Positions 1 to 13,680 of a stretch of DNA of 64,000 bases are shown piece by piece; within the stretch, counting starts at the first letter, position 1, and each line of letters begins with the position of its first letter. The notes below the pieces were generated by a model. It was not told the origin of the DNA, searched no databases, and worked only from the letters and a program-made list of their open reading frames with translations. A program made the translations under genes and the position numbers. This DNA comes from Tubiluchus corallicola (taxonomy: Eukaryota; Animalia; Priapulida), in NCBI GenBank assembly GCA_030141605.1, contig JAQGDQ010000145.1:186001-250000 (forward strand), read 5' to 3'.

Positions 1-3000
1 AAAGTGTGTCTAATCTGCATCCTGGTGAAGAAATTTGATTGTCCTCATTCTCGGTCACATTTTCGCTTTCTTCCTCATCATCAAGTGGGCTACCAAGCTT
101 GAACACTGGCTGTGCAAATGTGCTCATCTCCCGTTCATTTTCTTCGTTGATAACAGGTGGCGTATTAACACTGAGTGATGGTTTTGACTTCTTGTAATCA
201 TCCGGAACTAGTATGACCTAAATAATAAACATTTGCAAATGATAATTTTATTTTGAAAGTATACAGTCATTTACGGTAGTAATGTCAGCCATGTAAGTCA
301 GTGAAATGGGCTTCTGTGGCATTAAAAACTAGTTATATCTATCAAAATTTGCAGTACATTTATGATGCTATAATTACATAAAATATCACTATCTTTTGCA
401 GAATAAATGCCCACTTTCTTAGTATTAAGAGAAATTTTCTTGTAGTAGACAGAGTATCTATAAAATACACACTGTACATTGTGTCTATACACAGTTTCTG
501 TGTGATTATGCTAAGAATCTACACTTGTACACACAGTACCTTTGAAATATAAAATATGTTTTAAATTAAATAATTATATCTGATCATTTTTACCTGTGTA
601 GAATGAGAAGTGATCATAGCAGCAGAACGTATATAAGCATGTTCAGTATTTTTATTGTCAAGCTGCCTGCAGTATTTCAACAGGTAGATAGGAAGACAAT
701 AGTTGAGCAAAGAAATTCCTAGTAATCCAACATTTACCTGTAAATGCATTCAAAGTGCAGTTACATTCAGAAAGTGAATTAAGTATATCACTTTATTGGA
801 CATTTATTATTAATTGTTTGTCATTGAGATTTGTCTGCATTTAGTCATCTGTATTAAATTCTTAGTTGATGTGTCTCTTTCTTTTTGAATTTTCTAAATC
901 CAGGTAAAGTGAAAAGAATGATGCATATGAAGTGCTGGAATTAAAGTGTTGTGCAGATTACCTATATTGTTAAGTTAATATTATGAGATGTTTGTCACTT
1001 TAAGTTGCTTTGTTAGAAAGTAAACTAATTTACTTATTTTAATTTATTTTATATTATTTTAAACTAATAAGAATCAGGGATCTTCTTTAATAATATCTGG
1101 TAATACTAATAAGATCTTTGATAATGTGAATCTTACAGCTACTCTTCCATGCTGAAATTTCAGGTCCAATCAAATCAGTGTGTAAAGCATTGAGTTAGAA
1201 AATTAAACACTCGTCCGTTAATGTGAGAACAAATAACACAAACATCCCTGGCACCTTAAAAAACTCAAATAAACAAACTCTAATTTTCTGAATTAAAATA
1301 GAACAAAAGGTCAATTAACATCTGCTGTATAGCCATTTCATTCTTTAACCTGTATCTGGTATAATCTTGTTTAATAAGTGGCAGTTGGCTGTCATTAATG
1401 GGATAATGAGCATTCATTGATTTCACTTTAATAATCATATACTTGGTTATTGGTCTCACCAAGGTCTTCTCTATATCAGCTTGCAGTTTTATGTGTAAAT
1501 CCTCAACTCACCCAGTGTGGTTCCTGTCTTAAAGGACCTTCAATGAGCACAAACAATGGATATTGTAGTAGAGCAAATATTGCCGTAGCGAATGACTCCA
1601 AACCAACCAGGCTGCCGAAACTTTTGAAGTGATATGCAACAGCATACAGACCTCCCACAGCCGCGTGCACAAACCCTCGGACAATAGTGTGACAAACAAA
1701 CGTAAGAATCTGAAAAGTAAAAAATGTTTTTTTACAAATTTGATAGAGTTCGCTTGTGTGAAATTAAGGAGTTTGAAAATCCTGTGTTTTCAAAAGTAAC
1801 AAAATAAATATAACCCTAAACTTTACAATTCTCCACACGCGAGAAATTAGATCATGAAACAGATTAGGGTAAGAGTTAGGGTTGGGTTAGGGTTAGGATT
1901 AGGGTTAGAGATAGGATTAGAGTTAGTGGATTTAAATTCTGCGGGGAATTGTAAACTCCTTGCATATATTATAATTGAATTTCTAGATATTCAACTGTAG
2001 TAATCAAAAAGTAATGAACGTAACAGTTTATGTATAAACGACAATTAACTTAATTGCTATTTGGGTGAATGAAGAAGAGCTTGAAAAATTATGAATGAAC
2101 CAAGATTGAAGCTCAGGACCTTGCTGTGTCCTTGGGCTGCACGGTCATTTATTTTTAAGTTGTGAAAGAGAATATATAGATATGTTAAGCTGTGAACTCA
2201 CATAGTCAAGCAGGCCTAAGTTCTTGTACTAGTTTCACACAGCCAAACAGAGCCATCTATCCACAGTAATGTGAAATCTGCTAACTAATGTAATCAAATT
2301 AGCTGGCCTTTAACTCATTGGTAGAAATTCAGATTTTGAACTGTCATAAGCCAGAATTAATAAACCCAACAGTTTGTGTATAAGCAACAATTAACCTACC
2401 AGCTAATTAATTAAAGGAGAAAGACCTGAAAAATTGTGAACCAATCAGGATGAAGAATCAGAACCTTGTGATTAGGGATTACATGCTCTCTGCCTTTTCC
2501 ATATCAATCAATGAAATAACAATAGTAACAGTAGTATACAATTAGTCAAATTCATCTATCCACAGTATGGTGTAACTAACTAATCAATGTAATCCAATTA
2601 ATTGGACTGCAAATCTGACCTGTACTGGAAGGTTTGGCACCAGCACTAGCACACCAAACAACACTGTTAACGAATTTGTAATGAAAAATGCATTCATGGC
2701 GTTCTTTAGCTGGCGAATTTTCATGTCCACTTTTACTGAACGTGCTGACTCAGTAGAACGAGTTGAACTGAAGGAGCTTCTCTCTGTATCACCTTGAAAT
2801 AAAAACACTTTTAGCTACTCTGTTGCTCCTCATTGTAGTGTACACTGTCTTATTTTTTAACATATTACGCAGTCTCTTTTGGGTTTAATTCCAGGGGAGT
2901 GGATGTCGTAGGGTCATCCATTCTTTGAACCAGGGACTAGGGCTTCCAATTTTTTTAACTAAAGAAATAGAAACGTGTTTAAATTTTAATTTTTGAATTT

Positions 3001-6000
3001 GTTAGACCTCTGCACCATTTCTATTCTGGCCGCTGTTTATTTTCTGTGTTTCTGTGTAGTTGATTTCAGATATGCGGACACTTTGTTCGGCTTCGTACTC
3101 AGTTTACTAATGCTTTATAGAAAAAATTGATGTTTTAGATGAAATATTTTGTAAAACCTTCAGAAATGCTCCTAGTACACTATGCTCCTAGGCTGCTTTA
3201 TAGTCACTTTCTGATCACACACAACTGACAATCGTCTGACTCAGCAAACAGAAATTACATTATATAGGTACCTTCTTTTTCAGTGACACTGTCTAGAGGC
3301 TTTTCCTTTGTTCTCCAATCCATTACGATACCAATCAAAGGAGCGGCAAAGAAGCAACCAAGCTGCAGCATTCCAAATATGTATGTGTAGAGGTCAACTA
3401 AAAACATGTCATATTTATCACTGAAACCAGATGTAGTTCTACCACAATGATACCTGTAAATCTTGACATTATTGAACACATATTGAACTATTTACATACA
3501 AGCCAGAAATTTAGCAGTTTGATTACGTTGGTACATAATTAGTTTGGCATGCCATAGTAGTCTAAAGAATCAGTTTCGGAGTGCACTTATTAATTACCCA
3601 TCAGTTATGCTCGCAGCACGATTTACGGAATCACCTAAAAATAATCATGTATTTCATCACAGTAATAATTAGTACTTTATTATGTTGTATTTTTAGTAGT
3701 TTATTACAAAATACTTAAAACTCAGGTTACGAAATACTGTAGCATTAAGTTGCATGTGGCATTTATCAGTATTATGCTATCACTGTTGTTGCCAACGTTT
3801 TGGGATTTTTTTTTTGCTTATAGTAGCTGGTTGATCAACTTCAGCTATTCATATTTAAATAATATGTAATGAATAATAAATGTGATAATACCTGAGGTTT
3901 CTAGACCGCCTAGTAGTTATTTTAAGAGAATTATTTGAATTAGACTTCATTTTAAACTAAGGAAAATGACTTTAAATACAACTATTTGTTCATTAAATTT
4001 GACTTCTGCTATAAAACTGCAATTTGCTAGTTCCTATAGCCATTAAAATTCAATAAATTTTTCAATTTGTGATTGTTCATGTGCATATTTGTTATTATAC
4101 ATATCTATAAATACTTTAATCATAACTTGAATTACTCGATAAAATTATTTTATAACACAGAACTATTTAACAACGAAAATGTTGTTGTTATTATTTAGGC
4201 TAATTCAACAAATTTACTTGCAAGTGAGTACCTGATTGTTACTTGAGTTAGCATTTGTGATTTAACACCATGTCTTAAGTTCTGTGCTTTGAAACTGCCT
4301 ACCTTGGCTTCTGTTTCCTCCCGATATTTGCATGAGCATCTGCTCTAATGCACCAATGTAAAAGATGAGTCTTAATTGGGTGATGCACAGTGTGATCAAA
4401 CTCAGTATAAAGATTGGACTGCATATGGCTGCCTTCAACGATTGTTGTTTTCTTTGCTTTTCTTCTTTTTCTTCAAGTTCGTTAGTTTTGATAACAAGAT
4501 CAAAGCTGAAAGAACAGTAATATCATGTTCACATTAATTATTCATAGTCTTAATATCAAGATTAATTAATATTAATTGTGGTACTAAATCCACAATCTAT
4601 TGTATTGAAACCAAGTCTGAAAAACAGGAAATGTGAAAAGTTGAATCACAGCCTGCTATTGAACCAGGGACTTTCTGCTTCCAATGTTTGTACCGCTAGA
4701 ACCATATTTACCAGTGATCAAAGTAATCCATAGTTCATCACGTGTAGCTGGCCAGCCGGTTCAGCATTTTCAATGTTAGCAGACGTCTTGTAAGCAGTAG
4801 TTAGAATTACTCTACCATAATCTGCTTTATAATCAGAAAGCTCCTAGTTCGAATCCAGATAGTTTTACAACTTTTCACATTCAAGTTTTGTTTCAAAGTT
4901 TAATTGCCTAATTAATTGTCTCATTAATCGGATAATTATGGTTTGTCGAAAAAAACTGAATTAATGCACATGTAGGCCCTACTTCTTTACTGATTCAGTT
5001 CAATTCAATTCAAGTCACTACGTTTATTTGCCTCAATGATCATGTTACATTACAGCACATGCAATTTTAATACAATATACGCACAGAAACGTGGTGGCAA
5101 AAAACCAAAACCAGAGCAACTGAAATATAAACTGAACATACTGACATTTCACTTATTGAATTGCTGCTGACAGCTGTCTTATACCTCCAGAAGAACTTTT
5201 ATAATACAGAAGGAACGTACTTTGATGTGTATAGATCCTTATCTTTGTCCTGGTAGCGCAGTATGTCAGAAGACGACATGCGAGAGCCCACTTGTGACAC
5301 CATGGAATAGAACTTCTTGCCAGTCAACTTGTGGTCCAGACTGAATTGACGTGTGAAAGGACTGATTTTCTGTTCTGATGGTTCTGGTATGGCTTCCACT
5401 GTTTAAAAGTAAATGAGAACAGGCATGATTTTCATCAAGCAAAGTTTTGCCCAGCAAACCTTATTACGTACATTTACTGGTGTAATCTAGAGCTAAAATA
5501 ACTACAATAGGGAACTTTAGGATCTCGCAGAATACATTTTTATCTGCGAGCATTGCAGTTCTAAGAGAACTCATACGCTGATTTATTATCATCATTGTTG
5601 TTTTGTAAGGCACCCAGCTTTAGTCATCGACTCACAACATTGAATACCTCGAAAACATTGAATAACGCCTAGAATCCCCAAACTTGGTAAAGCTCAGACC
5701 ATGGTATGGTTAGAAAGCTGTGATTATTCAAGGACAATACGTAGGAACCAAAATGTGAAAATTAGGGGAAACTGCTCGGCGCTACAACACGTAATCAACA
5801 TGTGATCAAATCGCACTCAAATGATGAACAGGTCATACTCGGATAATGTGTCAGTACTCCAACAGGCATACTCAAATGATAAACTGTTTATGCACATGAA
5901 TTTACACCTGAATTCATCCAGTCTATCAAATGATAAACATGGTCATGCTCGCGGATTTGGATCCAAATTCATTCAGTCTTGTTCTTATAGATTCGAGATT

Positions 6001-9000
6001 GTTTATTTCACATCAACACAATTGCGATGCATACATAAAAAATACAAGAATTTCAATAATTCAATAGCTAAGAAGAAGTTGAAATACTCAGTAAGAGGCA
6101 AATTTGAAAAGATATTTAATTAGAGAGATACATATTATGATTAAATGATTTATGCTGCAGTGAAATAGGCATGGAAAAGCATTGGCACGTTTTCATGTGT
6201 ATACTTACATGGGACGTTCACATAGCAATTGATAATAACTAGTATACTGCCTCCAAACCACGTCAAGAAGAGGTACTGAGAGGGAACGCCCAAGTCATAC
6301 AACGCCTGGAAACAAGGAAACACCACAGCTGATGCAGCATAACTGCCCACCAGTATACTCAGCATCGTAGACCTCAGATGACCAAACATATTTGCTACCT
6401 GGAGTTTGAAACAGTTCATGTACTAAAGTTCCAAACTGAATTTGCTTTGTAAGTTAGTTAATGGTATGTATTAGCTGGCTTTTTAAAATGACTTGTTCTT
6501 CATCATGTAAAGTTGACGCTTAAGTGGCGTTTATGTAGAATCCGGATTTGAATGCGTTTTGGGGGGTGCATCCATTTATGCAACCTGCGTAATTTTCTTT
6601 TTCTGCAATAATTTCTATTGATTTTTTCCGCAGGCAATTTAACAAAGAAAACAGAATGCTTCACATTGCGGAGTAGATTAACTTTACAAAGCACGTCTTT
6701 TAGAACACGTCAAGTTAAACTTCATTTTGTGTGATGTGTGTCAGATTAAAGGCGTGGAGGTTAAATTCCTCTGAACTGGGAAAACATCCTACATTATCAA
6801 AGCATACATTTTCCAGTACTTGTATTATTACGTAAAGTGTCTGTCTAGTTTTCATTTTGCCAACGAATCTTCTTACTTCTGTGATAAATGAGAAAATGCC
6901 ACTTTTCCAACTTCATTTTGGGATGGAATTTGTTAATTTTTGGGTTAACTGTTAATTTTTGATCGTAATCTAAAATTCGTTTCATACAAAATTAATGTAA
7001 AGCATGAAAACTTTTAAAGAACAAAAGCGGTAAAGGACAATAAATATGAGTAGGCAGCAATTACTCTAGGAAGAGGAAGCGGATCATTAAATTGGAAGAC
7101 GGACTACCAGTAGACTGTTTACTTGTTTAGTCATTGGTAGGCTTTTAGGCCTATTTATAACTTGAATGACGCATTCTTACCTGAACGGAAGTAAATGTTA
7201 ACATAATTCCGCCCACGCCATTCAAGCTCACCATAACAAACAGGATAGCTGAGTATTCCTTCTTGGCAAATGTCATCATTAGACACGAAGCCCCAAATAA
7301 GAATCTAAAGGAAGAAAAAGCTATTATAACGTCTTTCTCAACTTCAGTATGCTTTAATTTGTTTTCATTTTTATTATGTCTATATGCTTTTACATACGTT
7401 TGTGTGTATGATAATGTAAAGAAGTCAAAGTCCCATTAAGTTGCAAAAAAAAAAATTTTCACAGAAGCTTTCAGTTCGCGGAAATCTACTTGTATAGCCT
7501 AGATCTTCACAGACCTTATATGACCTAGGCATTTCAAGATCTAGGCTACACAAGCAGATTTCACTGATGAAGTCCGTGAAGGACGAAAGCTTCTGTGAAA
7601 AATAAGAAATTGAGACTTTGTGCACTTTGTCTTTTTACGATTATTGACCACGGCAAGTCTCAAAAGAGCACCATCTTATTTTCAAGTGCAAGGTCATGTT
7701 TTTGTTTATGATTTTATTTCTGCTTGCACTTATAGTAATCTATTGGTTACGTAGATAATTTCAACAGCAGTTGTATGGTTTTTTAAGTTTTTCTCGCTCG
7801 ATGTCAAAACTTAAACACAGCAAAGTTTGTATTCTTGAAATTTCTAAATGTAGAACTTACGCTGCCACAAAGCGCAGCCTTCTTGAACCAAATTTGTCCA
7901 TAGCTAGACCAATGGGAAAGGTTAGTGCACTAAGCAAGAACGATCCTACCTGTAAACAAATACATAATCCATGTAAACCTTACAAGGTACAATATATTTT
8001 TTCTAATGGTGCGTTCAGAAGTAGAGACTTCTCTCGCAACTTGTTGCACAATTTCTCTCTGAGAGCAAAGTTGCACGTGTGAACGGCTTGACAACTTCTC
8101 TCACTACTTATTGTAAACTCAGCGAGAGTTGCTGAGAATTAACTTACGCAATAAGTCGCGAGAGAAGTTGCCATACCGTTCACACGTGCAACTTTGATCT
8201 GGGAGAGAAATTGTTCAACAAGTTGCGTGAGAAGTCTCTACGTCTGAACGCGCCATAAAATTTTTGACATTCTAATAACCATAACAAAGCTGCCCTGCTT
8301 TTTTCGTCCGAGAAAATTACTGCTTAGTTTGTTTTTATTTAGATGTTTGTATCGGGTTTCAGAAAACGAAATTATTATAAAAACTTGTGTCATTTTCATA
8401 TATTTAGGGCACTTACGTGATGCAATTTAAAATCAAAGTTCTTGTAGTGTAATTGCACAAACATTTAAAAGCGTTTTTATCTTTCAGGATAGGAGTCATT
8501 GACCTATACACAAGCCATGAATGCAAGCTAAGCTTATGAATTTCTTACTGTAAATACAAGATTCAGTCTCGTGTCCCGTACTGCACAACCCACGGTGTCA
8601 TCGGTCGTTACGTTACTAATATTTCCTCCATTGGTGTTATTGAGAAAAACTTCTTCACCTGTGAATGCGAATAAAGAACAGTTAACCAGTTTGGTTATTT
8701 TATTTATTTGTTTATTTGTTCATTTATCTATTTTATCTACTTAATTAATTGCTTATTTATTTATTGATCAATTTAGTTAATTTTTCAAGCATCTGTATTC
8801 CTTAGATGCACAACAACCAACAGGACAAGTTAAAATAGATGCCGGAGAGACATAAAGAATGCAATTACTACTTAAGTGTGTCTGCAAAAACACAAATGTG
8901 TTAAAAAATGAATTTTTATTAATTTTTAGCTAAATAATTTATTGAAGGCAGCATCATCCAGTGGAGACTCATTTGCATGTCCAGGAAGTGAATTCCACCA

Positions 9001-12000
9001 CTTCAGCTACCCTATTGTCGGAGCAGCAGGCCATTCAAATCAATTTCCTTAAAATATGTGAAAATAGCAAATTTGAAGTTAGGATCAACTTTTGATATCG
9101 AACTGCTCTCCCAGTTTCAAGTGCAGCAGTCCGCAAAGAAAAATAACCAGCTAACTTTCAGCATGTGAGGTTGCCTACTATGTGAGGTAGGTCTCCTATA
9201 CCCTCGATCAGGGTTAATGAACCACTTTCAGTTACTCGGCGTAATCATTGGTTTACACGTAAGTCATACAAAATCAACAAAACTTCACTTGTAGTCAACA
9301 AGAATGACCCAGCTTCTAAAGTACGTCATCCTACTTTCACATTTGAAGCGGGGTTTGAAGTCAACTGGGCACGAAATGTAGGAAGCCACTTATGAAGAGT
9401 TAGCCATATTTGCAACGTAGAAAAGCATTATCTGAGTTTCTGTGGTATTTCCACTAACTTTGCTTTGAAAGTATGTGTCTTTGCCGGTGTTGCCTTGAGC
9501 AGCCTTAATATTGAGGCAGACTCCAGACACCACAATCAATGTGATATTTTTGCAGTGAGTAGACCCTGACGCTGAACCTCAGCTGCAATACCCCGAGCAG
9601 TAAAAAACATTCATCTTAAATAAGCAATTAATCAGACAATAAAATATACTTAAGTATGACCACGTAATATCTTGCATAAGTGCCTTTATTTTGTGGTTTT
9701 AATTAAATCTTTTAATCGATGCAAACATTAGTCCTTTTATCATTTAGTTGATCGTACTTTCGCTGAATCAGCCTTTGTGAGTTTTGCTGATAAACGCCAA
9801 AACGTGTAATTCATGTTTTACTAATAGTTTTTTGTGTATAAAATTGTTCATTTACTGCAAAGCGTAGTGGTTTTAATGAAATTACTACGTGATTTCCAGA
9901 AATTATGCTGATTGCGTGTTTTAACCACCCCCCACCCCCGTTGACTTCATGGAATATTGTTTGAAACATATAATAAGATGTTAGTTATACGTTTAAAATT
10001 AACTGAACTATAAAACAGTACAAGAAGACGTGAGCGTTCAAAAGTTACTAGTTATAAATAGCTTTGGCTTCCTGGAGACGCGGAGACGCGCAGGAGGAGT
10101 AGGTGGCCTATTTACTGAAGCCAGCGAGGTAATAAGGTTTGACTGCACCATTCGCATTTTGCGAGGCTTATTTAATAATTTTCCTAATGTAAAAAAAGCA
10201 ATTATATTATACTCTTTGAAAACAATTCTAAAATTTTTAGAAACTTCAGGGTTATTAACTCATCTTAAAATTGTGTTACGTAGGACACTGGGCTCAGTAA
10301 TAATCAAAGGCCCATCCTCGTATTACTAGGCTGCAAACAGGCCTCAAAATTCCACATTTGTGTAGCGTTAGCTTTACCAGACACTCGAATGCAAAATAGA
10401 TAAAATCGGTTTACATTGTTTTCAATGCACCCGTTTATCAGACCTGCGTTATGCGTCATTTTTTCTGCAACTATTACTTATTCATTTTATACGCAGCTAT
10501 TCCGCAAGTCCGGACGTCTGGTAAACGCGACTTTAGTTACATTTATTTGCTGTTGTTTCTCCTGATTCTCATAAGAAATTTGTGCAAATAAAAATGACGT
10601 AAATGTACATTGTACACTTTTTATGAGCAAACGCACGCTTATAATGCGTTATTATGTTGTAACGACGTCAGCTTCTAATTCCGCCCAGCTGTTGTAATCT
10701 ACAAAAGAAGTGGACCAAGGATGTGGTAATAAGTCGTAGCTTCTTCTGGAAAACAGAGTAACCTAGATAGAAGGCCACTGAAATGTTTGCCTCAATTCCT
10801 AAGTTGCACTGATACTTTGTTTATAGTAAGGGCTGCTAAGTCTTTCTTCATATTTCAGTGACGTCTGCTGAACTCACTGGACACAATTACGCAATTACGC
10901 TGATTTTTTTATGCACTTCGGCACACTGCAAGCCGGAATTTAGCACCCAATCCAGGGCCTATATGAAATATTTGTGCGATGACCAAGCCTGGCTCATTAT
11001 CAAATATATAAGATGAGTATACCCCTCGAATGCACAGCGAAAGCATGCCACTTACATAATGTGTGTCCAGCTATCTACTCAGTCGTCAACCCGCCGCAAC
11101 CGTAGTTTGTTAGGCCTGACAATGACACTCATCATAGATCATCCGTTTAACGAGCTCAAAGGTCAAATTTGCTGACAAACAAGGTATGCCTTGTAATAAA
11201 GCATATAAAAGTCTGCAAGGTAAGAGTCCTGCTACTTACTTAATTACCAATGTTTTTAGTAGCTTATAGAGACATTCTTGTGAATAGCTGAGCGATTTTT
11301 CAATTTGGAATCCACTACGAAGCCAAGAGCACGTGAACAGATCTATAAGTTATTACAGGAAGCCAGGAGTTCAGCTAACTTGGCTTTATGTGGCTTGTTG
11401 CCCTCTAATTGAACTTCAACAGCTGTGTTATGATCACGTGACGACACTGACCAAAACAACAGAACTCTTAATGAATTTTACCAACAGAATGCATTACACT
11501 CTCTACTTTTTGTGCAGTTCGTTTTTTCTTAGTAAACAATATTTACGTATTGTGTGTCCTGTTCAGGTCATTTAAGGTTTAAACCTTGAACTGCTTAAGT
11601 TTATGCAAAGTTGTTATTTTCGTATCTCTAAGCAACAGGTTAAATTTTACTTTTATAAATATATCGCAGAGTCAATTAGTCACTAATGCTTATACCATGT
11701 AACGAATTATAACATTAAAACTAATATCTAAACAGAAATACTTTTATAAGTACATTAATTGAGTAGTATTACCTCTGGCAGGGTCATTTGGTTCAGTTTA
11801 AAGTTAATATTCTTTCTGGTTCTTGCAACGCTAAACTAATTGCGCAACAAATGGAAACTGCTAAATGATTATGTGTATAGGCTATCGTATATTTAAAATA
11901 TGTGAACATTGGTAAAAAAAGAATTCTGTTTTGTCCACAGAAAGTCTAATTTGTCAAAAAGTGACAGACAAAACCTGACAGGGGACGACTCCTGAGGACT

Positions 12001-12303
12001 CGGTAGGGAAGTTCTTCTTTTTCGTGACTACTTCAATAACCAATGATGGATGATTATAGTGAGTAGGACAAAGAAGGGTCAAGTTGTGCAGCTGGCCTTT
12101 ATTTGAAAACAAAGATTGTTAAAGACAAACACAGAGAACTAACCTTGGTGGTAACATAAGTGAGAATAAAAACCTTCTTTTTTTAAAATGGGAAGCAACG
12201 ACGACCAGCCAAGAAGAATAGCAGAAAAGAGGACGTTTTCCACGACGCTGGTTGCCATCAGCCATTTTCTTCTTTGATACGCTGTGAACAATGTTGGCGC
12301 CAT
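1..12303 (-). CDS. SLC43A2: SLC43 family large neutral amino-acid transporter (LAT3/LAT4-like), 3'-partial, >637 aa
   Basis: Coding exons (minus strand, all GT-AG, phases consistent): 12303-12144, 8658-8549, 7949-7861, 7304-7181, 6398-6209, 5398-5221, 4505-4303, 3397-3272, 2792-2620, 1709-1512, 737-594, 217-<1. The N-terminus [50 protein letters not shown] closely resembles vertebrate SLC43A1/A2. Also [32 protein letters not shown]. The frame is still open at base 1. An acceptor AG at 12324-12325 implies an upstream non-coding exon. Probably co-orthologous to SLC43A1 and SLC43A2. Confidence 0.92.
1766..1961. mobile_element. Small inverted-repeat-bounded element with internal degenerate (TTAGGG)n
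   Basis: Ends aaggagtttgaaaatcc / ggaattgtaaactcctt are imperfect inverted repeats; the interior 1862-1926 is a degenerate TTAGGG/TTAGAG/TTAGGA array. Confidence 0.5.
4600..4900. mobile_element. Degenerate tRNA-derived SINE-like remnants
   Basis: B-box-like GTTCGAATCC near 4847 and a reverse-oriented attgaaccagggac near 4658. Related degenerate segments occur at about 2030-2580. Confidence 0.4.
8007..8255. mobile_element. Palindromic PIF/Harbinger-type MITE, 249 bp
   Basis: TAA|TGGTGCGTTCAGAAGTAGAGACTTCTC ... GAGAAGTCTCTACGTCTGAACGCGCCA|TAA: about 100-bp arms in inverted orientation and a 3-bp TAA target-site duplication. Confidence 0.85.
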
Positions 12304-12871
12304 GATATCACAAAAATCTCAGTCTGAAATAAAATATTTGATAAAATGTGCGTAATTAAGCTGATTTTCTGCCTCTCATACGTTAGTTTTGTTATTTGAA
12401 TTAACTAATGATTTTACCATCTGTGCATATTTAGCTTACTATCAAATAGTTATTATTATTGTGACAAAATAGTTAAAACTAGACACAATTTAAATAGGTT
12501 CATTTAGAGTATTAAAAAATGAAAAATTATGTTTAAATAAGTGACAAAATGTACCTTTCGTCTTAACTTTAACTCTTAATTTTATATGACAAAAGACTAA
12601 AGCATTTGTGAACTTTTAGACTAATCAAAAATATAATTATTAATTACCTTGATATTTATGATAAAACTATCATTAAGTATTCATCATCATAAGCACTAGA
12701 GTACTACACAACCATTTCAAATTATTACTATTATTATTCTCTTTGTTCTTTGTTAATGAATAACGGGAAGTCTATTGGAGTTCAAACATTGACGAGTTCT
12801 TGGTTTTATTGAAGTTTTCTGGGTCAGGGTGGAGTTTAATCTGACGCTCTGCTGTCATTGGTGTAGTGAAA

Positions 12872-12879
12872 TGACGTCA
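12872..12879. promoter_or_regulatory. Perfect CRE/ATF palindrome upstream of the first SLC43 coding exon
   Basis: TGACGTCA, with a second TGACG half-site at 12842; function not demonstrable from sequence. Confidence 0.25.
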
Positions 12880-13231
12880 GGGTGTAGCGTAAATTTCATC
12901 CAATAAAAACCATGTTCTTGTGGAGGCGAACAGCTGTTTAGCTATCTAGTATGTGATTGCGACTACTGCTACCAGGTTCATGTTATAGATTAAGAAAACA
13001 TCGTTCATGTTTAATGCTGTTAAAGATTAAACCGAAGAGAAAAATACATTACCCAATGTTAAGTATTTTAGTACTTATTTGATTTTCTTATTTGACAAGA
13101 GAAAGTTAATGGTCTTTTCCAATGGTTATCAATTTTTCTTAATTGAATGCTGATAAGAGGGGCCATGCGCTAAACTATATAAATCAACAAATAAGTTACT
13201 GAGAGTAAAGTTTATCTGTTGCTCTTGTTTG

Positions 13232-13680
13232 TGCACAGGTACACATGTATTGCCACAACACAGAACTACAGATGCAGCTGCACAGGTGCTGCCATAACAC
13301 AGTACAACACAAGTACACATGTATTGCTGCTACTGCCGCAATACAGGACAGCACAGATGTATATGTGCAGCCATTACACAGGATAGCACAGGTGTATATG
13401 TGCAGCCATTACACAGGACAGCACAGGTGCATATGTGCAGCCATTACACAGGACAGCACAGGTGCATATGTGCAGCCATTACACAGGACAGCACAGGTGC
13501 ATATGTGCAGCCATTACACAGGACAGCACAGGTGCATATATACTGCTACAATGCAAGATAGCACAGATGCATAGCTACTGCCACAACACAGGACAGTGCA
13601 TGTGCCCATGTGCTGCCACAACAGAGGACAGTACAGGTTACTGCCACGACACCGGTGCACCTGTGCTGCCACAACACAGG
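13232..13680. repeat. 35-bp minisatellite
   Basis: Unit gcacaggtgcatatgtgcagccattacacaggaca starts at 13351, 13386, 13421, 13456, 13491 and 13526, with degenerate copies on both flanks. Confidence 0.92.

Noticed and set aside
8418-8426. ATF4/CEBP amino-acid response element TGATGCAAT in an SLC43 intron
   Set aside because: Roughly one such 9-mer is expected by chance in 64 kb of this composition; no supporting context.
8860-9600. Moderately GC-richer intron segment with a WNSLP-like word on the minus strand
   Set aside because: Probably an old LINE remnant, but too degraded to support a call.
11773-11830. AG/GT-bounded candidate extra SLC43 exon
   Set aside because: 58 nt long with an in-frame TGA; exons 1 and 2 already join in frame.
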